A stretch of DNA of 64,000 nt, from NCBI GenBank assembly GCA_028023455.1, contig JAQFVV010000005.1, positions 16,368,001 to 16,432,000 on the forward strand. The letters are read 5' to 3'. The notes under the pieces were generated by a model, which saw only the letters and a program-made list of their open reading frames with translations, was not told the origin of the DNA and ran no database searches. The translations under genes were made by a program, and so were the position numbers. Origin of the DNA: Epiperipatus broadwayi. Lineage: Eukaryota; Animalia; Onychophora. Shown in pieces: positions 26,061 to 39,592 of the stretch; positions within the stretch are counted from its first letter, which is position 1; the number at the start of each line of letters is the position of its first letter.

Positions 26061-26699
26061 CAATAGATATGTCACACTTTTATATCTACTCTCCCATTGT
26101 TCTTTTCCTTATCATTATTATATTGATTTTTTAATTAATTTTACATTTTCTTTAATCTAATTGATTTTTACATTTTTTCTTAATCTTTTTCTAGATTAAT
26201 CTAATATTTCACACTTTTATACTGAAGAGATGATTTGCATAGTTTTTAATTATTACAATTATTGGTTTCGATTTATTATCAATCAGAAACCTTAGCGGTG
26301 TTCCAAATTAATTAATCTTTTTATTTCCGATTTTTCACTAACATTTATTTTCACACATTTATTCTTTTAACTTATTTTTACTTTATAAATAAGAGTTTTC
26401 TTTAAATCGTATTTTTCTAATTCTTTTCCCCACCCACTTTTAATAGTTTTATTCTATTTTAAAAGCATAATATAATGCAATCTTTTATTTTTAAAACTAT
26501 GTTTTAAAACCATTTCTTAATTAATTATTATTTTTTGATTATTCTCGTTTATTTGATTTTTTTTTGCTTTTTAAATAAACGTGTCATAGATTTTTAAATT
26601 ATGAAATATGTAATACAGATATATGTCAGCTTTATAACATATATCTCACTAGCATTATAATATATATATATATATCAAAAATTGAAATTAATGAAGTCC

Positions 26700-29350
26700 A
26701 TTATGCTGGTTTTTTTCATATAAATTATAATAAATGATAAAAATATCATATAAAGCAGTTATATAAATATATATTAGAAATAATTTATATAAAAAGGTTT
26801 TTTTTGGTACATAGTTTTGTGCCCCTTTCAAAATTTAATATTTATTTTAAAGCTAACCAATTATTACAGATAGAACACTATCTAGTTAGTGTTTTATGAT
26901 AGAAGTAAAATAACAACAATAACAAAATAAAACATGAATAACATAACAACATACAGAATAAATAAAACATAATTTATTCAACTTTACATATATTACCTTA
27001 CATAATTTTCCATCATTCATACAATTATTTAAGTTATGCTTAATAAGTTTTATTATATATTTTTTTCTTTTTGGATATTTAATGTGTGTATATATATATA
27101 TATATATTTGGATATTTAATGTAGTTTAAAGGTTTAATATTTTTGTAGCATCCATTTTATGCATAAATCAGATTTATCATCTAATCTATTAACTGCATTG
27201 TTATGTTCTTTAGCTTTTATCTCTAAACATTTCTCTGTATGGCCAAAGTAAATCATATTGCAATGGTCACAATTAATTTTATATACCATTCCTTTTTTGT
27301 ATTTTATATCATCTCTCAATTTATAATTGATTATTGATTTTTCTAAATTTTTACCATTTGCCAATATTTATATGTTTATCAATATAATTTTTGTTTTTTT
27401 ATTAGAATATTTTAAATTTTGAAATAATATGAAAGTTTAAATCATTTCTCATTTGAATTATTGTTAATATCATCATTATAATCATTTTGCATAGAAATAT
27501 TATTATTTACTATAAATTTTTTACAATTAAAAAATATATTTTTAATATTTTTAGAGTTATAACCATAATCTTTATATAATTTAGTAAATTGATTCCTTTA
27601 TAAATCAACTACATTTTTATCTGTTTATATTTATCATTTCTATATCAAAAATTTTTAATGATTGCCATCCTTTGTATTTCTGCACGTGTTTCTATATAAA
27701 TAATTTTTCTTAATTTGTCTTCTTTAATAAAATGTTTTAATATAATTTTTTTTCATTACCTATATGAATTTCTATATCTAAATATTTAATTTTATCTTCA
27801 AATTCTATTTCTGTAAATTTAACACTATATATATTATTATTAAAATCATTATACATGTATCACCAACATATCTAGAATAATATATTATTTCTTGACTAAT
27901 TTTTTTTTTAATTATAATATTTTCTAATTCATTTATAAATATTTATGGCATTAACCCATTAATTGCACAAACCACAATCCATCCTTTATGTATAATCCAA
28001 AATTCATGATATATATATATATACACCTGGGTCTCTTTTTATGCAGACTTATTTAACATGATTTTGAAGTTACGCAATTCATGTTTCTTTGGAAGTCGAA
28101 CTCCGATATTGCACTATTACTTTAAATAATAAATTTCGCGCACTCGTGTTATATTGAAAGTAATAGCACATTATTGAAATTCGACTTTCAACTTAGTAAT
28201 TTCAATATTTTCAGTGCTTTATAATAGTAAGATTTTATGCAATAATGAAATTAAAATCATGATTTCCACATTTTATGTATACACACATTAAATTTTACAA
28301 GATTATAATGTAAATTTGTTCAAACATTGTGCGTGTTAATTTTGCATTTTAAATCACATTCTGTTTTTGCTTTTTAAAAACGAATGTAATCAATTATTAA
28401 ACATTGAGATGAGTAATAGCAGTGGGCACAATTAAATTTGACAATTAAAAATTAAAATCTGATTTTTAATTGTAATTAACAATTTAAAAATTACTTACGG
28501 CGACTTGAAATAATGTGATGTGAAATTTGATTTTTAAACAGAATTGAAAATTAAAGACAAAAATAAGAATTTAATTTTTAGTTGTTAGTTTCATAAACAC
28601 TTAATAAAATCATTGACTCAAAGATTAATTACTAATTATGTTGTCACCAGAAAACCATTGACACAACATGAGTGTGAAGTTGGCGCTAGTTGTTTGCAAA
28701 CAAATGTGTTTTTTGGCAAATAGCTATAATAATTAAAACATATATAAAAAATGTAAATTACTGTACTGTAAATTATGCATAAAAATATATTATTTTGAAT
28801 AAAATTAAATATTATAGTTAAAAAAAGTTTGTCTTGTATCAATTTTTTTCAAATTTGAAATTTTTTATTAGTCATATTATATTTCCTTATTTTTTTTGCG
28901 CGGATTTCAAAGTAATTTTACATTGGTGCTTTGCTTTTACGCGAATTTTGAAAAATCACAGACCGCATCCCTCCTTTTTCAATGTAAGTTATGTCTATTT
29001 TTGTGCGATTTCATTTGCGCGTGTTTTCTGAGGAACCTATCTATTGTGTAAAACGAGACCCAGGTGTATATATATATAATATAAACCATTATATATTAAT
29101 GTTAAATTCTCTTCCATAAAATTTATTATGTTACATTATTTATATATTGATTTAAATTTTTTATTAATATTTGTATACTTTTAAGTCTTGGAACCTTTGA
29201 ATATATTTTTTCAATATCCATCCTATGCTTTGATTTCCATTGTTTAATATAGAAAATTCTCCATATCCTAAAATGCCTGTTATCCATTTTTTTAAATATT
29301 TACAAAATTTCTCTAAAAAGGCTTTTTATATATAATTATCATTAATATAT
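26700..29350 (-). pseudogene. Decayed Penelope-like element (RT plus GIY-YIG), split by a MITE
   Basis: MDIEKIYSKVP (29189-29221), YYSRYVGD (RYVDD homolog, 27859-27873), VKFTEIE..KIKYLDIEI, and KGMVYKINCDHCNMIYFGHT...KEH (27134-27364), all in order on the minus strand. The 3' UTR part has a homolog at ~38640-38750. Confidence 0.8.
28024..29066. mobile_element. Non-autonomous Tc1/mariner-superfamily (Tigger/pogo-like) MITE
   Basis: TA|CACCTGGGTCTC...GAGACCCAGGTG|TA, TIR extending to ~20 bp; no transposase ORF. Confidence 0.85.
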
Positions 29351-29439
29351 ATATAGCTGTTGATAATGATATTTTTATTATTTGTTACAATATATAAAAT
29401 GAAATTAAGCAACACTAAATAGTTTGTCATATTAATCAC

Positions 29440-29700
29440 AGAGATAACTCCTAATTTCTAAGATGTGATGTGATGCACTGGAGTCAGGAATCTCTCAATA
29501 GCTATATCCAGAGAAACCTGTTAGCCATTTTGACTTCCCTTTCCATTCCCTGCCCTAAGTTTTCCCATATTCTTCTTGCTCCATCCTATTTCCACAACAT
29601 AATTTTTGTCAATTCCATAGCCTTTATATCTAAATCCCCCTTATCTTTTCAAAACCCAGCATAAAACGAATAACCCACTTTCTGTATAATCACTTTGTTT
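29440..29700 (+). repeat. Unclassified dispersed repeat family F (also ~32640-32790 + and ~43290-43510 -)
   Basis: Shared AAACCTGTTAGCCATTTT...CTAAGTTTTCCCATATTCT...TTTATATCTAAATCCC...CACTTTCTGTATAATCACTT. Confidence 0.75.
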
Positions 29701-30235
29701 ATATTTATTCTTCCACAACTTCATTATTTGTACCCTTTCTGCTTTCAGGCATTTAGAACTATATACATCATTATAATGCCCTCTAGTGTCAAAGTTGTCA
29801 ACATAATGAATAAAAATGAATTATTTTCATTGATTTTAAAAGATCTTATATGAACATTTAAACTACACAATAACATAGTAAACATAAAATTGAGATCAGC
29901 AGAATATAATTAATCAAATCTTTTACATTTATAATGTACTCTCCCAAACTTAATACTAATCTTAAACTATTGCTGGTATCTTACAAATGCCAAAATTTTC
30001 ATTTTCACTTGTTTGCTCCATCTGCTTTATGTAAATATTAATGATTATTACTAATCATTTATGAGGTAGGTAGGATTATATTTTATTTTTATCCCAGATA
30101 TAAGCTTTAAACTTAATTAGAAATTACTATATTTTATTTTTATTATAAGCAAGCATATGGTAATCTTAAATCAACTCCACCCATACATATGTTTCAAGCA
30201 GTAAGAAAATAGAATTATGTATACGTATATATATA

Positions 30236-30437
30236 GATGATAATAGATGGACAATTGAAATCTTAAACTAGATTTCAAGAGAATTGAAAAGACCCAGAAA
30301 GAGACCACATGTGAGATGGATGAAATAAGAAAGTGTGCAGGGGTGATATGGAGAAGAAACACTAAAGATTGGAGAAGATGGATTGAACTTGAAGAGACCT
30401 TCATCCTGCAGTGGATTGATAATGGTTGATGATTATG
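30236..30437 (+). mobile_element. RTE-clade LINE 3' end
   Basis: DDNRWTIEILN*ISRELKRPRKRPHVRW..EIRKCAGVIWRRNTKDWRRWIELEETFILQWIDNG*. Confidence 0.85.
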
Positions 30438-31729
30438 CTTATATATATATATATAATGCTTGTCTTTTTTATATAACCGATTAGCTAGGGAAATCTAAAT
30501 AAATACATGGAAAGTTGATTTAATTATGAATATTTAAACTAACGTATATAAATGGTCACGCATTGTTATAATCTGTTCTATATTAGTATGAATATCCTTA
30601 AGGTTAATTTGAGTTCTCTATTTTAAAATCACTAAAATTTGAGTGCCAGGAATCAAACTTGATATTTAACTATTCTGATATTGAGTAACACTTTGGTATG
30701 TCAATTTTTATGTGATAATGGACATGATAATGTATTTTCACTGAACAATATATGTCCACACTATTAAACACTAATATTTAGTTCTGGATACCAAGATCTG
30801 ATCATCATCAAATTAAAAAATATAATAATTTTTATTTGTACAATTTTATAACTTGAATAATAATTTACTGAAGATTATTTGACAAAACTAGATTGACATT
30901 TATATTTAAGAAATAACTTTATTTAATCCCCAGTTGGCATCAGCATCTATATTCCCAAATTGACCAATTTTGTCACTTAATTATAGACTTACAGACACAT
31001 TCTCTAATCTTTACATCCCTGCTTTACTAGCACGGGATTTGTAATTATTAGTCGGCAATCAGGTTTATATAAAACCCAGATACAGATATAGGATATATAT
31101 TTGAAAACAAAGAACTTATTATAACAAGGTTTGTAATAATAAATCGATGAAATAAAATTTAACTCTAATCTGATTTCCTATTAAAAATAAAGTATACATA
31201 TACGTGCATACAGACCCATGTATATAAAAGAATATTATAGTATAATGATAACAATTCCAGACCAAGTATGTCTTTTTTTTTTTTTTGTTACGTTTCACTA
31301 GAGCGTATCATTTTTTCGTTGTTGTTTAGATAGCTGGCTGGTTCAAAAACTATCCAATATTGATCATAAACAGGTGTCTCTATTCCTAACTCAGGTGTAA
31401 ATGACAAAAACTGCTCACCACCTGGCAAATAATATGCCTAATGGGTAAGACCTTCTCCTTTACTATTCTCTGTAAGGGCATATTAAGGGGGCCTTTGCAT
31501 TATAGTGGGCTATTTAAAAACCGTTTAGTATTTATTATACATGTATGAGTCTGTGTGTGCTTTCCATAATCAAAAATAATATATATACAAAAAAATAACA
31601 TTTGCCGAAAATAACTTTTATACGTATGATTATTATTATACATATTATTGCTGTTATATAAAGCTATTTTATATTATATCGTTTATTTATTTAAATATAT
31701 ACAAAAGTACTTATTACTAATATTTTTTA

Positions 31730-32150
31730 ATATAAATACACACACACATATCCACTCTTTATTTGAGGTCTCAACGGTCTATATATTACACAAACACACT
31801 ACAAATACTGATGCAGAAATATATAAAACACAAATATACTAGATACAGAGATGTACATAATAATTAGACAAATTAAAGATACACATACAGATAAATATAA
31901 TAAACAAACATATTACAGATATACACATAGATATATAATATACATAAACATGATACATATACACATACAGAAGTATACAAAACACAAACATTCTACAGAT
32001 ACACGCATAGATGTATATAATACACAAAATCAATATGCATTCTTATGTATACATACATACGCAGACTTATATACGTACAACCTACAGATAACCACACGGA
32101 TGCATATAACATAGGTATATACATACTTTATATATGCACATAAAAAGCTT
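31730..32150. repeat. Low-complexity CA/TA-rich decayed simple repeat
   Basis: Runs of ATACAC/ATACAG/ATATAC; explains the overlapping spurious ORFs. Confidence 0.7.
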
Positions 32151-32789
32151 CAGCATGAAGATAGCAAAATAAGTGTAATGTATATATGCGTTTGTGTTGG
32201 TGTATTTAATAAGTCAATTAAACGGGGCGAGAGGTCTGTGAGCAGCTGAGAATTAAGAATTATAAACAAAAGGCAGTTCAAAGTATTGTACATATCTCGT
32301 ATCTAACAAACATGAGCTATACACAATAATGTGGGGGGTCCTGCTCTAGCATTGGAAAGTATAATGTATTGGCTACAGACAGAGAAATTTTTTTGATAAA
32401 ATTCAAAAAATAATTTAATGACTTTATTGCTTGGCAGTTCACTAGAAGTCTGAGCAGTGGAAACGCCAATGCTGGAAAGGATTCGATGTCATCACACTTC
32501 AGAGTCTACATTATATCACTGGACTAAACCATGAAAGGCAGAAAATTAAAAAATAAGTCAGAATATATATACATTAGGTGGAAACCTGTGATAAGAAAAT
32601 GAAGCTTTTTAAAGGGAAATGAAGTCAACATTTGATAAATTAAAAGTAAACTCAAAATGGTGATGTGATATATTTTGGCTTCTTCTTAAACGAAGTCAAG
32701 AATATCTCAGCAACCATGCACAGATAAACCTGTTAGCCATTTTATTTTCCATTCCCCATTCTAAGTCTTCCCATATTCTGCCCCATCCG

Positions 32790-33030
32790 CAAAACTCTCC
32801 ATACAGTAGTGCCACCCTGTGCCAACCAGAGTAATCAATGGATGCCAGAAGGCTTGTACATAAAATCCCCATCTATTGCCTACTCATCCAATATCCCCAA
32901 ACTAGTTTCTGGCTTGTGGACTTCATCAATGAGGAGCCTTGGATCTGAGACTACTATACGGAGAGTTTTGTCTGTTTAGTAACAGTTATGTGCTAGCATA
33001 AGAGATGGTGATCACGTGATGTTTAGTGGT
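32790..33030. mobile_element. Family A with internal inversion; HHR core mutated (TTGATGA, GUU site)
   Basis: Arm 32790-32950 followed by an inverted 3' segment 32951-33030. Confidence 0.8.
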
Positions 33031-36000
33031 ATACTTAAAATGCTTAAAACATTCTGATTACATGAATGCGAAACAGATTAACAAAAGCAATGATTAGTAG
33101 AATTATATGGAGTGGATAAGAAAAAGAAGGAGAATTGAACATGTTTTACAATATGCAAAATTAATAGATAAAGAACTTCTGTATATTATTATAAAAAGGG
33201 ATACATGGGTAGAAAATATATGATAGGTTTATAATTAAGAGAGGTAAGAGAAAAAGATGAATAAATTAATTACATAAAAAAGTAGAGTTATGGAAAATGA
33301 CTATAAATACAAATAGGAATATAAAAAATATAGAAAATTGTATAGTAACATCCGAGGGAGCTTGTGTTACTTGATGCAAGGACAGAAACTTTGAATATTA
33401 ATGAAAGAAATCAAAAATGGGATAAAAATTTGGAATATATATATATAATTTATGAAAAGGTGGAAGAAAAATATTAAACATTGTTTTAGGAGTGCATTTG
33501 AAATATCAAAATAAATTGTGAGATGGGATAGAAAAATGGAAAAGTATTAGAGCTGCTATAATCAGTAAGAAGGAAATAATAGATAAAAAGAAATAGGTGA
33601 CTTTATACAAAAATATAAAAAGGTCTAAGTGGAAAAGACTCTTTAATTCATTTATCATAATTGGCAGACATATAGCCTACCATGCACAGAAGCTTCTGCC
33701 TTTACATTTCTAGCACTAACATTAAAAAGAATGCATGAAGAAAAATATTTATTGAAAAAATGTTTTTAAAATTACAAAACACATTGGACTGCATATATTC
33801 TTAATTCAGACATATTTCAAAATGGATTAGTTAGAACTAGAAAGAATTAGAAAAAGAACAATTTTTATAGGCAGAAATACCTGTATTTAAAGATTAATGG
33901 AAAACTTATCAGCCAATAATTCCAAGAACAGTTAATTTCACTCTACTTCACATCCATATACTATAAACTTGAGTAAACACTAGACACCAAATAGTTTAGT
34001 CCTATAATATCCCTGTCTTCAGGTTAATTCTTGGCTTTTGCTTTTATTTGTGAGGACTAAGACTCAAAACTGGTGTAATACATTTATGCATCTAACAACC
34101 ATCTTTTATTCCTGTCTATTAATCTGTAATTAAAAAGAAACACCTAAGATTTTAAATTTATGCCAACCTATATGGAGATATTTCAGCATTATGCTATCTC
34201 TAGTCCACTGATTGCTTAAAGTTATAGTAGATAGTCTTGAGTACCATGAAAATAACAGCTGCTCTTGGAAGGATATGAATAAGCACAAGATAAATCGTAT
34301 GAAATTGTTGTTAGTACAGTATTCTTTTATCAAAAATCAATGTATCAAGTTATCCTATAACTAAGCTCGTTAAAATCTATCCTGTAATTAAGTTCGTCAA
34401 AATTAGCTGTGTTAAAATCTACACTGTAAATGGCTTGGGTTTGAACTATAACTTTTATTAGTAGAAATAGAATGTTCTGAATGAAAGATAAATCCGACAT
34501 CTTTCAACTTTTCATGCATAAATGAGCATCAATTTGTCACACTTGATCAAAGAAATCTGGTGAAAGAGATTACTTTAATTGAAAAATGCTTACATATAAC
34601 TGCAAATGTTAGCAGAGGTCACTACTAAATAGAACTGTTGATAATCAAGAAAAAAAAGACATGAGATACTTAGGTTGACATCTACCAGAGCCAAGAAAGG
34701 TCCAAAATTTTAGGTTGATAAAATATTCAAGTTTTTATTATAGGTAACATGCTAAAAATCAAATGCCATTAGATGTAATAACTTAATTGCTCAATAATTT
34801 TTTCTACCTGAATGAATGTTAATTAACAAGAAACCAATCAAGGGAATCCAGGAAGGTCACATAGTGTCCATTAAACTAATGCAAAAGTGATGTTTTAGGA
34901 TATTGTGAGGATTATTCCCATTGCCACTCACTGATGATGAAAGATGATAACAAATAAATAATTTCTGTGGGGAATTTTAAAAATCTATTCTTTAAAAGCA
35001 TAAATTTGACTAGAAATATAAACTATCACATTACTGATCTTGGGGATATGCCTCAGATGATTTGATCACATGACAAGTGACCAACTAACTCTACAGGACA
35101 CAATTATTCACACTTTTTTTGTTTTATAATGCAGTACAAATTACTTAATTCATTCATTAATATTATTTCCCTCATGTAATAATAAACCTGGAAAATTTAA
35201 TTTGCTTTTATCCAATTCAGTAAGTTTTCTTGAAAAATAATAATTTAAAAGAGCAAAGAAAACTATCTTTTGTTAGCATTCCTTTTCAATTTTGTATTGT
35301 CGTTTTGAAGCAAATTATTTTTTTTTACTCTGCAAAATATATATATATTTAGTTGTAAAATGAAATCTCATGTTAGCAATTTTAAACACTTTTCTTTTAT
35401 TGTTCAGTCATGCTGTATCATTCGGGTAATAAAAATATTCAATTTATTTGCAATAATTGAAAAATAAAGAGAAAATATATACACTACATAGCAAGAGTTC
35501 TTTACTACTTAAACTCTGTATAAACCCAAACTCAGCATCGTACGATCTCTCAGTCCAGTTCAGTCTTTAATTACTAATTGTTTCTGATTGCCTATCTTTT
35601 TTTTATAGAAAGAAGTATTTCTTAAAGTTGGTCTGAATTCAGCCATTACTATGTTGAAACTTTCAAAATATTATTTGGGATAGCATAAAAATGTCAATGT
35701 AATCTAGATACTACCTAAGGTATAGTTTACTCAACGTCTAGCGCCAATTACAATAAGTGTAGGATTCATCTGAAAAATCTATATTGATAGTAAACAATCT
35801 TTTTCTTAAAGATAATTCAGTTCATTTGATTATTTAATGTACAAAGGCTCAGCATTATAGGTCAATTATATATATATTAAGAAAAAACAATAGTACAAAA
35901 GATGCCATCATAAACATATTTTTAAATAAAGGCACTACCATAATCAGCATCACCATCAATCATAATAACAATAATAATAGCTTTATTGCACTTGGAGGTT

Positions 36001-37108
36001 CACAAAAAGTCAAAGGCCAGCAGAAATGACAGAGCTAAGCATGATTCAGAAGCTTAAGCTCTGGAGTGTCACACATTACCATTTCACCAAACCATGCAGA
36101 ACTTTCTTAAAAATCAATGAACACTTAACTTTAAATTAAGTCACTAAAATATAATTCTTAATCTTCTTGATCTCTCTGTGATTACGAAATATTCCTTGTT
36201 TATTTCCAAAAAATGTGGTTATTCCACAATTTTAAAATGCTGTAATAGTTATCATAAGTGATAATGACTTCCAGTTTTTATAACATAAAAATCCCCATAA
36301 TGCTTTTATGAACATTTGATTTGAAAAAAGTCTGAAGAGGTCAGTATGTTATGGATAACCAGCTTTGATCTAAAAGATACCACTATGTTTAACAGAGAAG
36401 AAAATGCCTTCTGGGTATTTACTTCCTTCTGGTTTTGTTTTCAGATAAAGATTTTGATATAAATAAAATATGATTTTTTGCTTCTTTATAAAATACTTAA
36501 ACAAAAACACACATGTATAATTCATCTATCTTTTATTTTTAGAAATAATAATTAATAAAGTTAATCATAATATAAATAAAGAAATCTGTGGAATGTAAGG
36601 TCATTATCTATCAGAATTGACATAGTGTAAAATCCTTTCAAATATTGTAATTATTATAAAGAAAATATTGGATTTCAAAACAAAACTTGATAGACCTAAT
36701 ATAAATTTACCTTTGTTTATTCACATTAAAAAAAAAAAAACTTAAAATAAAAAACATTTTGTTGTTGTCTGAATGAATGCTTACACTAGCTTGGTTGTTG
36801 GTATGTATGGTACATTGTTTAATTTTCAGGTCAGTTTTTAAATGTTTAAAAATGTGAAATGTGATTGTTTAAAACATTATTCATTTATTAAAAAGAATAA
36901 AGTCCAACTTATTGAGTTTTAGTATAAAAGGATTGAGCATCTTCAAAAACTCTCACTAGGTGGAATAAAAGAAAATGTCAAACTGGTTAAACTAGGTTTA
37001 GGATTTTTTAACTAAAGAAATTATTTGGTTTGATTCAAAACATTTGCATGCTTAAATGTTCCTTATTAACTTGAATAACTATAAAAAGTAAAAGTTACAT
37101 GAGGTATG

Positions 37109-37370
37109 TTGATCCACCAAAGAGTCAATATTCTTATAGATATCTGTTTTCATTATTATTTTATATCTATTATCACTGACTTCTAATAATTTTCTGAATA
37201 AAATGTTAAAGTCATCATCAATATGTGTGTGTAAAAATTTTGTGAGTGCTGCCTCCTTGTTGATCCACCAAAGAGTCAATATTCTTATAGATATCTGTTT
37301 TCATTATTATTTTATATCTATTGTCACTGACTTCTAACAATTTGCTGAATAAAATGTTAAAGTCATCATC

Positions 37371-37409
<39 letters not shown>

Positions 37410-37435
37410 AAAAATTTTGTGAGTGCTGCCTCCTT
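37109..37435 (+). repeat. Tandem duplication of ~150 bp; second copy has a (TA)n(TG)n expansion
   Basis: TTGATCCACCAAAGAGTCAATATTC...GTGAGTGCTGCCTCC at 37109-37256 and 37260-37433. Confidence 0.9.
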
Positions 37436-37721
37436 CTTTACTATTCCTCTATGAAAAAATACTGGAAATGTCTTTGACCTGCAGTGACTATAGAAAGGCT
37501 GCTTTAGTTTATCTTTAGATTGATAAAAATATGTTTTACACTTCAGCATATGTAACAAATAAAATGTGTCCTTTATTCACTGATATCAAACATGCTAGTG
37601 TTCAAATGTGTTCATGTGATTGATAATCGTATAAAAGCCCAATTGAATCATGACAAGATACATGTTTTCCCTACAGTCAAACAGTAGAGATTCTCATTCA
37701 ACAATTATAAATACATGTTTT

Positions 37722-38044
37722 AACTGAAACACAGGCTTAATATATACCATGTGTCTATATATGTAATATAGGGTATACGAGCACAGACTTTCACATGACC
37801 CACCACTCTCCACTCTATCTAATAACACAGATACACTCAAGCACATATATGCTGAAAAGATAAATAATCACCAATATACGTATTTCATGCTAAACCAGCA
37901 ATCATCAGTTGGTCCAGATTATCATCTCCCACCCATATATACTATAAGTGCTCAGATATATATTAAGATAGACAACCTTCATACTTTAATGGACTGGCTC
38001 CAATCTACTACACACTCCAACTCTTCAACCGTCCATCCAATTGA
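37722..38044 (-). mobile_element. Family B single 5'-truncated copy
   Basis: 13-bp TSD AAATACATGTTTT (37709-37721, 38045-38057). Confidence 0.85.
37863..37923 (-). ncRNA. Type I hammerhead, family B
   Basis: gataatc-tgg-accaa-CTGATGA-ttgct-ggttt-agcat-GAAA-tacgta-TA-ttggt-gattatt; ATACGTAT palindromic stem III; U.U at the base of stem II. Confidence 0.65.
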
Positions 38045-38331
38045 AAATACATGTTTTGTAAAGTAAAAACACTGCAAAATATTTTATAAAAAAATCCACA
38101 TGTGTAAATTACAATTTGGGAGTGTTAGGAATATAATTGGCATGTTGAAAAATCACTGTGAAAATAAAAAAATTAGTGAAAAAGAGACTTTGCCTTACTT
38201 TTTCACACACATTTTCTAGTGCAAAAAATATATTTTCATCAATCAACAAAAAATTCTAAACTAACTCTAATTTCTATAAGCTTGTCCATTAAAGTGTATA
38301 GATTTACTAACTTAATATAAACAGAACATTG

Positions 38332-38366
<35 letters not shown>

Positions 38367-38370
<4 letters not shown>

Positions 38371-38540
38371 TGATGATCCAGACCAGCTGATGAGTGCTGG
38401 TTCAGCATGAAATACATATATTGGAGATCGTTTATCTTTTTCACATGTATGTGATCCTGCATATCAGTTATATTGAATAGAATTAATGACTGTAGGGAGT
38501 TTGAAAGTCTGGTTTCAAATCCCCTTTAATTACATCTAGC
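38367..38540 (+). mobile_element. Family B fragment (second subfamily) starting at a (TA)n tract
   Basis: Reverse orientation of the same consensus as 10989-11185. Confidence 0.75.
38372..38432 (+). ncRNA. Type I hammerhead, family B subfamily 2
   Basis: gatgatc-caga-ccag-CTGATGA-gtgct-ggttc-agcat-GAAA-tacata-TA-ttgg-a-gatcgtt. Confidence 0.65.
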
Positions 38541-38749
38541 TTAAGTATATATATAATATTTAAAGATTACAAATAAATTATAAATAACAAAAATATGTAC
38601 AACAGCTACATAAATTGATATTAATAATAACTACATAAAAATTCTTCTTCAGCACATGATTTTGTGCTCTTTTCAAATATTAATTATTTATTTTAAGTTT
38701 AACCAATTATTGCAGATAAAACACTATCTAGTGTTCGATGATGAAAGTA

Positions 38750-39498
38750 AAAATAGACAAAACTCTCTCTGTACAATAGTGCCACTCTAAGCAAGACAGT
38801 GTAATCAATGCATGCCAAAAGGCTTGTGAATAAAATCCCTATCTACTGCCTACTCATCCAATATCCCCAAACTAGTTTATAGCCTTCGCTAAGGAGCCTT
38901 GGATCTGACAGCACTGCACCTAGATCTTAGAATCTAATGCAACCCTCCAGCAGCCACCTTTAATCTCTACATAACTTCAAAACTATAAGAATAGAATTGA
39001 AAACACACTGATATTTTCAATCTAAGCTCAGTAGCTTATATAGTCATATGGGTCTGAACTCAGTTCAGCACCCATACATTTTGGTGTCTTTGGCTCTTTT
39101 ACAACCATAGCCACTACCTTCCTATAAGGCAGGATTGGTATTAAACCTTAAAACATCACATGATCACTATCTTCCATGCTTGCTCATAACTGTTGTTAAA
39201 ATAGGCAAAACTCTCTCCATACAGTAGTGCCACTCTAAGCAAGACAGAGTAATCAATGGATGCCAGAAGGCTTGTGCATAAAATCCCTATCTAGTGCCTA
39301 CTCATCCAATATCCCCAAACTAGTTTCTGGCTTATGGCCTTCACCAGTGAGGAGCCTTGGATCTGAGAGCCCTGCACCTAGATCTTAGGATCTAATGCAA
39401 CCCTCCAGCAGCCAACTTCAAGCTCTACATAACTACAAAACTATGAGAATAAAATTGAAAACACACAGATATTTTTAATCTAAGCTCAGTAGCTTATA
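38750..39498 (-). mobile_element. Family A extended units in direct tandem (38750-39040, 39143-39498); HHRs deleted or mutated (CTGGTGA)
   Basis: ~280-bp direct repeat including ~120 bp of extra sequence beyond the usual CTAGGTGCAG end. Confidence 0.8.
39045..39118 (-). other. tRNA-like (Leu/Ser-like 5' half, B-box-like GAGTTCAGACCC) segment between the tandem family A units
   Basis: GGTAGTGGCTATGGTTGTAAAAGAGC...GAGTTCAGACCCAT, 74 nt. Confidence 0.3.
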
Positions 39499-39592
39499 GA
39501 TACAAATCTAGGTAAACTGTCAGCATCATTAGATATTCAAAATCAATTGAACAACAAAATTTCATCTGAAAATAAATACTAATAAATCAGCT

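Noticed and set aside
31648-32114. Three overlapping ORFs rich in I/Y/H/T
   Set aside because: Low-complexity CA/TA repeat.
33040-33700. Purine-rich stretch resembling a decayed LINE ORF
   Set aside because: No diagnostic motif could be read.
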